A stretch of DNA of 54,325 bases from an uncultured Candidatus Saccharibacteria bacterium (GCA_964362175.1 CAYIDD010000006.1:1-54325), one strand, 5' to 3'; shown: positions 21,649-29,621, numbered from the stretch's first letter. A program made the numbers and translations. The notes: generated by a model from the sequence alone, not told the origin.

Positions 21649-22029
21649 ATGAAAGAGCTTATCGAGGCGGCAGCTGCAGCGGCGAAAGAACTGCGGAAAA
21701 AACCGCTCCCTGAAGAACTGCCGGCAACGCGCACACTCGCACTCGTTACCGGTGACAGCATCCACAGAAAGGGGCTTCACGATTTCGACTTTGCTTTTTG
21801 GCGCTCAGTCCTGGAAAAAGCAGTGGTGGGCGACGGACGCGAAGCGGACACCACGTGTGAAGCGGACGTCTTCTTCTTGGCGAGCAGGTTCTCGCATCGC
21901 GCCATGACTCTCGCGACGGCGCGAACCAACGATGCCGGGGCATCCGGCCTACAACACGTTCCCGAGTCGGAGCGCGTTGATATGATCCTCCGGATCTGCG
22001 ACGCGATGATCGAGGTCGGGGAAACTTGA
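21649..22029 (+). CDS. Hypothetical protein
   Basis: 126-aa helical ORF with GGAG SD and TTGACA upstream; fills the dnaE-thrS gap. Confidence 0.6.
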   Translation: MKELIEAAAAAAKELRKKPLPEELPATRTLALVTGDSIHRKGLHDFDFAFWRSVLEKAVVGDGREADTTCEADVFFLASRFSHRAMTLATARTNDAGASGLQHVPESERVDMILRICDAMIEVGET

Positions 22030-22120
22030 GTGGTGAGTTGCGAACGTTTTGGCGACTGCGGCGGTCGATCTTCGACCGCCGCTTCATTTTTTATACATTC
22101 GCGCTAGTATGGGGACTATT

Positions 22121-23419
22121 ATGGCCGACACACCGGAAACCAAGGATCACAAACAGCTCGGCCGGGAGCTCGACCTCTTCGTCTTTTCGGATCTCGTGGG
22201 AAGCGGACTCCCCCTCTGGACGCCCCGTGGAACGATCGTGCGCGATTCGCTCGAGGCGTATGTATGGGAGCTCCGTAAGAAGCGCGGGTATCAAAAGGTG
22301 AGCATCCCGCATATCTCGAAAAAACAACTCTACGAAACGAGCGGCCATTGGGACAAATTCAAGGACGATCTCTTCCGCATCACGACGCGCGAGGGCGATG
22401 AATTCGCGCTCAAGCCGATGAATTGCCCGCATCACATCCAGATCTACGCGCGACGCCCGCACTCGTATCGCGAGCTGCCGCAACGATTCGCGGAAACGAC
22501 CATGATGTACCGCGACGAGCAATCGGGAGAGTTGAACGGCCTCTCGCGTGTGCGTGCGATCACCATAGACGACGCGCACGTCTTTTGCCGCGAACCGCAG
22601 GTCAAAGAAGAGTTCTCGAAAATTTGGGACATCATCCAGGAGTTTTACGGCACGTTCGGTTTCTCGCTACGGATACGCCTCTCCTTCCACGATCCCAAAC
22701 ACCCTGAAAAATATCTCGGTGACAAGAAACGATGGAAATTCGCGGAAGAGATGCTGCGTGAGATCGCAGAAGAGAAAGGGGCCGACACGTTCGAGGGGGT
22801 CGGTGAAGCAGCATTCTACGGGCCGAAGCTCGATTTCATCGCCAAGGATTCTCTCGGACGTGATTGGCAAGTCGCTACGATCCAGCTCGACATGAACATG
22901 CCGGAGCGCTTTGACCTTACGTGCATCAACGAAAAAGGCGAAAAGGAACGCATCGTCATGATCCACTACGCGGTCATGGGCTCCATCGAGCGATTCCTTT
23001 CGGTCATCCTCGAACACCTGCAAGGCGCGTTCCCCCTCTGGCTCTCGCCGGTGCAAGTCAAAGTACTTCCGGTCTCGGACAAACACACTGAGTATGCGAA
23101 CAGTGTTGTCGACCGGTTGAAGGCGGGCGCTATCCGTACTGAATTGAGCGACGGGGATAGTTTGGGCAAACGTATTCGCGCTGCCAAAATGGAAAAAGTC
23201 CCCTACCTCATCATCGTCGGTGACGAAGAAGTTGCCGCTGGCACCGCAACGCTCGAAGGCCGTGCGGGTAAGATCGGGGCATTGCCGGTGACCGATATTA
23301 TTTCAAGACTCAAAGACGAGATCGCCACGCGCGCCGCATCGGGGCGCGCTAAACAAAAACTCTCCCGAACGGGAGAGTTTTTGTTTTCACCTTGGAGCGT
23401 TGGGCGGCGGCGAAATTAG
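22121..23419 (+). CDS. thrS: Threonine--tRNA ligase lacking the N-terminal TGS/editing domains
   Basis: DHKQLGRELDLF, LKPMNCPHH, YRDEQSGELNGLSRVR, AFYGPKLD, GSIERF, anticodon domain KVPY. Alternative start 22109. Confidence 0.96.
   Translation: MADTPETKDHKQLGRELDLFVFSDLVGSGLPLWTPRGTIVRDSLEAYVWELRKKRGYQKVSIPHISKKQLYETSGHWDKFKDDLFRITTREGDEFALKPMNCPHHIQIYARRPHSYRELPQRFAETTMMYRDEQSGELNGLSRVRAITIDDAHVFCREPQVKEEFSKIWDIIQEFYGTFGFSLRIRLSFHDPKHPEKYLGDKKRWKFAEEMLREIAEEKGADTFEGVGEAAFYGPKLDFIAKDSLGRDWQVATIQLDMNMPERFDLTCINEKGEKERIVMIHYAVMGSIERFLSVILEHLQGAFPLWLSPVQVKVLPVSDKHTEYANSVVDRLKAGAIRTELSDGDSLGKRIRAAKMEKVPYLIIVGDEEVAAGTATLEGRAGKIGALPVTDIISRLKDEIATRAASGRAKQKLSRTGEFLFSPWSVGRRRN
23351..23386. terminator. 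Bidirectional intrinsic terminator
   Basis: AAACAAAAACTCTCCCG-AA-CGGGAGAGTTTTTGTTT (17-bp inverted repeat) between convergent genes. Confidence 0.8.
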
Positions 23420-24801
23420 TTGCGCGTGATCACGATGCGCGGTACACCATTGTCCTTCGAGCGCATGACCACCATTGAATCAGTCGTGCCGTACATTTCT
23501 GCGATCGGAAGATCGATAACGCTGTCGATCTTCTCGGCTGTTTTCGCAACTACCGCTTCCGCCATTTTCACCGGAGCTTGTATGACAGGCTCGATCTTCG
23601 AGGCCGTTCGTCCGACGAGCTGAGATGCGAGTATCATGGCACCACCGCGGCCCGCCTTGCCGAAGACATTGCGAGGCAGGTAGTAGACCAGGAGATACGC
23701 ACCGGCAACTGCGAAGGAGAGCAACGAGAGCCAGTAGAGCGCGTTACCGATCGGACCGAAGTCAAAACCAGTGTACGGGATCTGCGAGAGCGAGACGTAC
23801 GGGTAGTTGCCGGAAACGGAAACGTAGACATTGCAGGTGTTCGTGCCGCCATAGCCGGAGACCGTGAGTGTGTAGGTCTTCGAGCTATTCGGACGGACTG
23901 CAAGCGAGCCGTTGACCGCGACCTGACCGATGCCATCAGAGAGCCATGCGCTGGTTGCGCCAGAAGACGACCAGCTGAGGTAGGCAGCCTGACCGTTCAT
24001 GATGTTGCTCGGGCTTGCGGTGATAGTGCAGTACGTGTTGTTGTAGACCGGATAGTTGTAGTTGTAGTTCGGGTAATACGTCGGAGTGTAATAGGTCGGT
24101 GTGTAGTAGGTCTGCGGATAGACGTATTGGACCGGATACGTAACCGGAGTCTGATAGACGGGAGTGACCGGCGCCGTGTTCGTGTTTACATTCGTGTTGG
24201 TGTTGTTGTTCACGATGTTTATCGGCTGCGCAGCTTGCTGTTGCTGCTGCTGTTGCTGCTGTTGCTGCTGTTGCTGCGGAGCGGCGTATGTAACCGGACG
24301 ACTCACGTACGACGTACTCGGCGCACTGAAAGTGAACTTTGGGAAGGAAAATCCACCACCACAACCACCGCAGCCGCCGTAAGATTGGTTGGAGTATCCT
24401 ATGCCGTCCTGATAGGTCGTGTACGTGTCATACGTGTCGTAGGTATCGTATACGTCATAAGTGTCATACACATCGTATGCGTCCCATTGGTCAGCGTAAG
24501 CGTAGTCCGTATACCCAGCGTCGAGGTAGCCGTAATCTGTGTATCCGGCATCAAGGTAACCATAGTCGGTGTAACCAGCATTGCTGTAACCATAGTCCGT
24601 GTATCCCGCATCGGCGTAACCGTAATCGGTGTAGCCTGCGTCGCCGCCCATCTCAAAGTAGCCGATGTTTTCCTCGGCATGCACGATTGTGGCAAATGCG
24701 CCCATTGAAAGCGCGATCGAGACCGCGAACACGGACAGAGCAAAGAATGTATTCTTTATAGATGCATTTGTCATAATCGTTTTTTTAATTATTTTCTCCA
24801 A
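23416..24801 (-). CDS. Secreted Tyr/Asp-repeat surface protein with IPYTG sortase-like sorting signal
   Basis: Signal peptide ending VHA, repeats, polyQ, Ig/PKD-like beta domain (CTITASPS...LSWSS...YTLTVSGYGG), LSQIPYTG plus TM helix. TTG start with GAGGAG SD; alternative ATG at 24774. Confidence 0.85.
   Translation of the reverse strand: MEKIIKKTIMTNASIKNTFFALSVFAVSIALSMGAFATIVHAEENIGYFEMGGDAGYTDYGYADAGYTDYGYSNAGYTDYGYLDAGYTDYGYLDAGYTDYAYADQWDAYDVYDTYDVYDTYDTYDTYTTYQDGIGYSNQSYGGCGGCGGGFSFPKFTFSAPSTSYVSRPVTYAAPQQQQQQQQQQQQQQAAQPINIVNNNTNTNVNTNTAPVTPVYQTPVTYPVQYVYPQTYYTPTYYTPTYYPNYNYNYPVYNNTYCTITASPSNIMNGQAAYLSWSSSGATSAWLSDGIGQVAVNGSLAVRPNSSKTYTLTVSGYGGTNTCNVYVSVSGNYPYVSLSQIPYTGFDFGPIGNALYWLSLLSFAVAGAYLLVYYLPRNVFGKAGRGGAMILASQLVGRTASKIEPVIQAPVKMAEAVVAKTAEKIDSVIDLPIAEMYGTTDSMVVMRSKDNGVPRIVITRN
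24235..24276 (-). repeat. Poly-Gln (Q14) CAG/CAA tract
   Basis: 14 consecutive CAG/CAA codons. Confidence 0.9.
24493..24642 (-). repeat. Five 30-nt coding tandem repeats ([D/N]AGYTDY[G/A]Yx)
   Basis: DAGYTDYGYA DAGYTDYGYS NAGYTDYGYL DAGYTDYGYL DAGYTDYAYA, with synonymous divergence between copies. Confidence 0.9.
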
Positions 24802-24848
24802 ATAACTCCTCTAACCTATTATAATGTTGCTAGTCCTTAAACGGGCGC

Positions 24849-24876
24849 ATTATATCAAGTCTTTTTGACTTGTCAA
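24849..24876 (-). promoter_or_regulatory. Sigma70 promoter of the surface-protein gene
   Basis: TTGACA-16nt-TATAAT with an extended TG. Overlapped by the inverted repeat CAAGTC-TTTTT-GACTTG. Confidence 0.75.
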
Positions 24877-24951
24877 GCCCATTAAGTAGTTCTCGGGGGA
24901 GTTAGGTTTATGGCCTATTTCCCTCCCCCGAGATGCGTCTCGGCGCTGCGT

Positions 24952-25293
24952 TCATCCCTTCTTTTTGCAGGCGATGTGGACGCACGTTCCGACCGGCCCC
25001 ACCCCCTTGCAAAACCTGGGATTCCGCAAGTCGTCCAACACGGCCTCGCCGCTCGGACACTTCTTGATCGCCGTCCGAAACAGCAAGTTGCGGCAGACCT
25101 CGGCGCCGGGCGCAAACCCGCTTACGCGTATCTGCTCACCGGTCGGCGCATTCACGACCACAGTTCCCGTGACATCGGCGACTGCGGCTGGTTGATATTG
25201 AACACCCTGCTTATCCAAGCAGATGGCATGGGCTTGCGAAACCATGCCAGCGGCAAGAAGCAGCGTGACCAGAAGCGAAAAGATCATCCTCAT
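24952..25293 (-). CDS. Small secreted Cys-rich protein
   Basis: Signal peptide ending AHA; six Cys in the mature part; GGAG SD. Confidence 0.75.
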   Translation of the reverse strand: MRMIFSLLVTLLLAAGMVSQAHAICLDKQGVQYQPAAVADVTGTVVVNAPTGEQIRVSGFAPGAEVCRNLLFRTAIKKCPSGEAVLDDLRNPRFCKGVGPVGTCVHIACKKKG

Positions 25294-25415
25294 GGCTTAT
25301 CTCCGCCAAGCTGTGCCCTCGTACTACGCCCGAGAACGGAAAGGCTCTGTCCGTTTGGATATGGACGTTCCCGCGTAGTATCACGCAGTTCAGACCAATG
25401 CAAACACAAAAAGAA

Positions 25416-25444
25416 GAAGGCGGGCTGAACGTCAGCTCGCCTTC
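25416..25444 (-). terminator. Terminator after gene 25474-25887
   Basis: GAAGGCGGGCTGA-3nt-TCAGCTCGCCTTC, then TTCTTTTT on the minus strand. Confidence 0.7.
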
Positions 25445-25473
25445 GCCGCTACAGAATCATCCGCAACGGGTAG

Positions 25474-25887
25474 TTAATTGACCTTCACCCACCGATTCGG
25501 GCAACGAGTGTTGCCGTTCGGGAGCGTGGTGCAGTCCGGGTCACCGGGCCGCCCCTTCTCGACTCGCCAGCCCTGCGCTTGCGCGCGAGCTTGGGTAGAG
25601 GCGTCGGGTTGACGCCCCCCGACCTCGAACGCGGGTCCGCGAGGATCCGCCACGGGCTTGGCGATAGGCGCCGGAGGCGGTGTGGTCCGTGCCTGCTGCT
25701 CCGGCTTGGTGGCAAGCGCATAGCCGAGTCCAACCGCAAGCAGCGCGACGACAAGGAGTGTCGCGATGCCAGCAACGATTTGGCCGTTGCTGAACGGGTG
25801 TCCGGCCTCGGCTCTCGCTTCGGCCTTCACACCGGTGACGTCGGTCTTCGTGGAGTCGGTACCGGCAACCTTGGTGTCTTCCGGCAT
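25474..25887 (-). CDS. Single-pass membrane protein with Pro-rich linker and C-terminal Cys pair
   Basis: TM IVAGIATLLVVALLAVGLGYALA, TTPPPAP, CTTLPNGNTRC; AAGGAGG SD. Confidence 0.75.
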   Translation of the reverse strand: MPEDTKVAGTDSTKTDVTGVKAEARAEAGHPFSNGQIVAGIATLLVVALLAVGLGYALATKPEQQARTTPPPAPIAKPVADPRGPAFEVGGRQPDASTQARAQAQGWRVEKGRPGDPDCTTLPNGNTRCPNRWVKVN

Positions 25888-25964
25888 GATGTCCTCCTTG
25901 GACTGTTTGCCATTTTAAAAGAGCACGTCCCGGAACGGGACGTGCCCATCCGTAGAGTTCGAAG

Positions 25965-25992
25965 ACTATAGCACCTATAATGCATTTGTCAA
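25965..25992 (-). promoter_or_regulatory. Sigma70 promoter
   Basis: TTGACA-16nt-TATAGT with TGn extension. Confidence 0.65.
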
Positions 25993-26027
25993 GTATTAAA
26001 ATGTGGCTCTAAGTATGGGAAAAACAG

Positions 26028-26051
26028 AACGGCGGGGTGTGGCCCGCCGTT
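26028..26051 (-). terminator. Terminator after gene 26084-26995
   Basis: AACGGCGGG-6nt-CCCGCCGTT, then CTGTTTTT on the minus strand. Confidence 0.65.
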
Positions 26052-26083
26052 TTGGAATGTTTGGAACTGTGGGCTACTCTGCC

Positions 26084-26995
26084 CTACGCCGTCTTGGCTG
26101 GTGTTTCGAGCTTCACAACACCGGACCGTGCGACGAACGCACGCTCGGGGAAGATGTCGAAGCCCGGACGCGGGTAGAGCGTGATGGAGTGCGTACCCAT
26201 CACTTCCCGCATCGCGTCCGCGATCATCTGCGTGGTCGCCACTTGGTCTTCGGGAGCTTTCACCGACTCCTTGAACCAGTGACGGAAGTTGTAATACGCA
26301 ACTCCGAGGGCGGAGCCAACGAACGCGACGTAGATCCAGAGGTGCGTTGGATCGGAAAACTTGATCTCATCCATGAACAGTTTGAAGCCGGTGAGAACAA
26401 GCCAAACGAACAGCGCAGCCGACGGAAAGAAGTCGAAACCCCACAGCCAGCCGTGGCCGGGATTCGCATGTGCCGCCGCACGCTCAAGAAGGAGCCATGC
26501 AGCAAGCAGCAGAAGCGGGTACAAGCTCGGCTGAATTGCCTTCACTTGGCCCTGCCACGGCACTTGCAGGCCGAGGTCCGGGAATGAACCGATCCAGATG
26601 AGCTGGTAGATGTAGTAGCCGACGACCGCGCATGCAGCCGCAGACAACAGCATCACCAGGAGCCGATTGAGAATGCCGCCCGCGGAGATGTTCGGGTACA
26701 TGGTAGACCTCTTTCGTTTTGCTCCCGTGGGAGCGGGTTGACGTTGCATTTCAATCTTCGGCTCCGGCACTGCCGGAGTCATAGTCGTCTCTTGCATATT
26801 GCCTTCCTGAGTCGAAGCGGGTTGTACGCCGAGTGAACGACGCATATACACCGCGAACGGGATGCCGAAAGCAAAGAGCGCCATCAGCAGCAAGTCAAAG
26901 TGCTCGCCGAAGGCAAGCACCAAGCCGAGCAACATCCCGAACATCCCGATCCCAAGAAGACAACACGCGAAGAGTAGTCCGATTTTCTTCGCCAT
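26084..26995 (-). CDS. Multi-pass membrane hypothetical protein
   Basis: About six hydrophobic segments; AAAGGA SD; TTGACA upstream. Confidence 0.75.
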   Translation of the reverse strand: MAKKIGLLFACCLLGIGMFGMLLGLVLAFGEHFDLLLMALFAFGIPFAVYMRRSLGVQPASTQEGNMQETTMTPAVPEPKIEMQRQPAPTGAKRKRSTMYPNISAGGILNRLLVMLLSAAACAVVGYYIYQLIWIGSFPDLGLQVPWQGQVKAIQPSLYPLLLLAAWLLLERAAAHANPGHGWLWGFDFFPSAALFVWLVLTGFKLFMDEIKFSDPTHLWIYVAFVGSALGVAYYNFRHWFKESVKAPEDQVATTQMIADAMREVMGTHSITLYPRPGFDIFPERAFVARSGVVKLETPAKTA

Positions 26996-27152
26996 CGTTC
27001 GGTCCTTTCATCCGACCTGTATTGTCAGTTCCAAGCCCGAATCAGCTTCGGGAACTGGAAAAATTAATACACTGAAAAGTGTGTCTTGTCAAATAAAAGC
27101 AGCGCTCCTTCATCAGAAGAAAGCGCCGCTAGTTCATCACCGGCCGGTTCGA

Positions 27153-27509
27153 TCACCGAGCGGGAATGAAGATTTGTTCACCGGTCCGCCTGTTGGCCAA
27201 CATGGTCCCTGTCCTGACCGCGACCCTGCCGCGATAGACCTGGTGGCTGCCGGTGCGAACCGTAGTAGTGGTCCGCACGCCACGGGTTTGCTGGCCGCCG
27301 CGCTGGCCGTGAACGCTCGTCGTGCAGGGGTTTCGGTGACCCCAGCGCGGCAACTTGTTGACGCAGTTGGCAATGTGCTCCGCCCGAGCGGGGTTGCACC
27401 CCTCGTAGCGACTACCTCCGCAACTGCGGTCGAATGCGGCGGCCGGAGTCGTAGTAAACACGATGGTGGTTGCGAGGCCGGCAAAAAGTGAGGTAATGAA
27501 CTTGCGCAT
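27153..27509 (-). CDS. Small secreted cationic protein
   Basis: Signal peptide ending AAA, four Cys, Arg/Thr/Val-rich C-terminus; GGGAGA SD. Confidence 0.7.
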   Translation of the reverse strand: MRKFITSLFAGLATTIVFTTTPAAAFDRSCGGSRYEGCNPARAEHIANCVNKLPRWGHRNPCTTSVHGQRGGQQTRGVRTTTTVRTGSHQVYRGRVAVRTGTMLANRRTGEQIFIPAR

Positions 27510-27567
27510 TTGGAATCTCCCTAGCGCTGCCGCAAACTCCCCATCGGAGTTTGACCGGTCACTCGCA

Positions 27568-27596
27568 ATTATACCCTAAAATGTAGTAAAGGTCAA
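27568..27596 (-). promoter_or_regulatory. Sigma70 promoter
   Basis: TTGACC-17nt-TATAAT. Confidence 0.7.
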
Positions 27597-27633
27597 TATG
27601 GACAAGAAAAGCAGGATTTTAGCCAAAAAGACA

Positions 27634-27655
27634 GCGGCGGGACGAGGCCCGCCGC
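27634..27655 (-). terminator. Terminator after gene 27698-28117
   Basis: GCGGCGGG-6nt-CCCGCCGC, then TGTCTTTTT on the minus strand. Confidence 0.65.
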
Positions 27656-27697
27656 CGATTCCAGTAACGTGCTGGCTTCTTTCGCAGCAAGATATGG

Positions 27698-28117
27698 TCA
27701 CTTCTGCCGCGTGACCAGCGGCTTCTGCGCAGCGTTGTTGATCGCCAAGTATCCCGATAGCGCAGCATCCAGCAGAGCACCGAGCCAGGGGAAGAAATAC
27801 CACCACTCTGGCCACCACCAATGCACGGCATTGCGAAACGCAATGCCGGTTACGGCGACAGCTATGAGCAGTGACATCACGTCATCCCATTGAAGGTTCA
27901 AGACCGATGTATTCCGGTCAGTGACCGTCACAACCTCGGCAACCAGCCAGAATACCAGCAGGAGGAGCGAGACGAACAACAGCATCCACAGCAAATTGCT
28001 GGTCGGCATGCTGATGGGGGTACGCATTACGGGGATATAGGACCCCACCCAGACCATCAACAGAGGCAGTAACCAACGGATCCACGAGACGATCCGCCAG
28101 AACCGTTTCCAGTTCAT
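27698..28117 (-). CDS. Trp-rich four-TM membrane protein
   Basis: MNWKRFWRIVSW..., four hydrophobic segments, HWWWPEWWYFFPW; AAAGGA SD. Confidence 0.75.
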   Translation of the reverse strand: MNWKRFWRIVSWIRWLLPLLMVWVGSYIPVMRTPISMPTSNLLWMLLFVSLLLLVFWLVAEVVTVTDRNTSVLNLQWDDVMSLLIAVAVTGIAFRNAVHWWWPEWWYFFPWLGALLDAALSGYLAINNAAQKPLVTRQK

Positions 28118-28302
28118 TTTCTGTCCTTTCAAGATCAACCCACATAGGCGCGATGCCTAGGGGTGTTCGGAATCTATATCACGCATTAAAAAAATTCAAG
28201 ATTCCCGTAATGGTTCAATAGCTTGGAAACACTTGCCCACGAATAGTTCCATATATGGAACTACTTGAACAGGCAGAGATAGTTGTATCTGAAATGCATC
28301 CC

Positions 28303-28836
28303 CTACTTTGCGAACGTGACGGCGTGAGCTATTTCCACTACGCGAGCAATCTCCACGGGACGTGCCACTTCTACCGCATGCGCGACGGAAACGGCATGGG
28401 CAACAGAGACTGGGTGAGCGACTTCGACGGCATGGCCAACTTCAACTGCAGTGCCGATATCTATGAGTGCGAATAACTTGCCCGGACCATAGAGATCGAC
28501 CGCGTGCGCGACATTGACGGGATGAGCGACTTCAATCGGATACCCCACATTCACCGGATAACCTACACTCACCGGATAGCCGACGTTCACGCCATGTCCG
28601 ACATTCACTCCGTAGCCAACCCCAACGGGATAACCCGGTGACGCGGGCCTGCCGACGGAGGCGGGATATGCGGTCGTTGCCGGTTGCCCTATCGATGTCG
28701 GATAGGCGTTGTCGAAGCCGTAGTAGATAACCTCTGCGTTGAGTAAGAACGGGTCGAGTGCGATAAACGCAATCGCAACTACCAAAACCGTTTTGAAGGG
28801 GAGAAACGCCGAAACTGTACGGATACTATTACTCAT
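28303..28836 (-). CDS. Exported hexapeptide-repeat protein
   Basis: N-terminal hydrophobic segment, then about 20 units such as VGYPVS, VAHPVN, VAHAVE. Start overlaps the sortase stop (ATGAGTAA). Confidence 0.8.
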   Translation of the reverse strand: MSNSIRTVSAFLPFKTVLVVAIAFIALDPFLLNAEVIYYGFDNAYPTSIGQPATTAYPASVGRPASPGYPVGVGYGVNVGHGVNVGYPVSVGYPVNVGYPIEVAHPVNVAHAVDLYGPGKLFALIDIGTAVEVGHAVEVAHPVSVAHAVSVAHAVEVARPVEIARVVEIAHAVTFAK

Positions 28837-29524
28837 GAGCGTATGCGCCGACAAAATCCGCTTCGAGAACGTAACGCGCGCTCTTGCCAGTCAACGTATC
28901 GCAAGTGACGAGCGTCAGTTTCGTTCCTTGTGTCGGCGAGAGATCAATGGTCGTGTCGCTCACATCGACGCTGCGCACGGAGATCACGCTGTAAAGATAA
29001 TCCTTGCCTTCGCTTTCGAGCGTTATGGTATCGCCCACGGAAAGTTCCGACGCCCGATTGAACGCCTTGTACATTTGATTTTTCACGACTGGCAGGCGCG
29101 ATGAGTGACCGAAGATAAGCATGTTCCCTTTCTCTCCGAGACGCGCGGAATCGACGTAGCGAATGGGCCCCTTCTTCAGGGCTTCATCCAATACGGCAAG
29201 ATCGCGGCTTTCGATGTTTTGCACCGGCAGATCAAGGTCGATCGCGGGAATGCGTATGCGCTCGGGAAGAGTTGTTTGTGCCTGCACCCCTGTTGCTTGT
29301 TCCAACCCCGGAGGACCGAGCTCCGGCAAATTTGCAAGTGCAATGGTCTCTGCCGCTTCGGAGCAGGTGTCGTCTATCCCACACGGCACAAAGCCGATGG
29401 AATCGGCTGCACTGAGCGTGCTGAAGAAAATCATGATGATCGCGGCAAAAAAGACCCGTTTCGGCGCCTGTCCGTCGGCAGGCAGGGTTTTTTCATGTTT
29501 TATCTGCGAAACGTGGCTCGTCAT
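28829..29524 (-). CDS. Sortase
   Basis: N-terminal anchor, RIRIPAIDLDLPV, GNMLIFGHS (His), LTLVTC (Cys), ARYVLEA (Arg). Confidence 0.9.
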   Translation of the reverse strand: MTSHVSQIKHEKTLPADGQAPKRVFFAAIIMIFFSTLSAADSIGFVPCGIDDTCSEAAETIALANLPELGPPGLEQATGVQAQTTLPERIRIPAIDLDLPVQNIESRDLAVLDEALKKGPIRYVDSARLGEKGNMLIFGHSSRLPVVKNQMYKAFNRASELSVGDTITLESEGKDYLYSVISVRSVDVSDTTIDLSPTQGTKLTLVTCDTLTGKSARYVLEADFVGAYAHE

Positions 29525-29621
29525 AGACGACCGATACGGTACACCAAAACACAGGTTTTGTCAACTTTTGACCGTCATGAGGAGCTTGACAAGACGCAAA
29601 ATATATGTAAATGTATCGACC

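Noticed and set aside
24164-24382. Poly-Cys ORF
   Set aside because: Antisense reading of the CAG/CAA poly-Gln tract.
24493-24642. 30-nt periodic repeats as a CRISPR array
   Set aside because: No unique spacers, variation is mostly synonymous within an ORF, and there are no cas genes.
24412-24642. Repeat protein as a RiPP (cyanobactin-like AYD) precursor
   Set aside because: It has a Sec signal, an Ig-like domain and a membrane anchor, and no modifying enzymes or dedicated protease/transporter lie nearby.
24891-28200. Integron cassette array
   Set aside because: No integrase and no recurring attC-like sites were found; each gene has its own promoter-like sequence.
29163-29621. N-terminal extension of the CARDB ORF (likewise the extensions on trmD, rpsP, dnaE, pheT, pilin)
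   Set aside because: They overlap neighbouring genes or promoters; internal Met starts fit homology and upstream signals.
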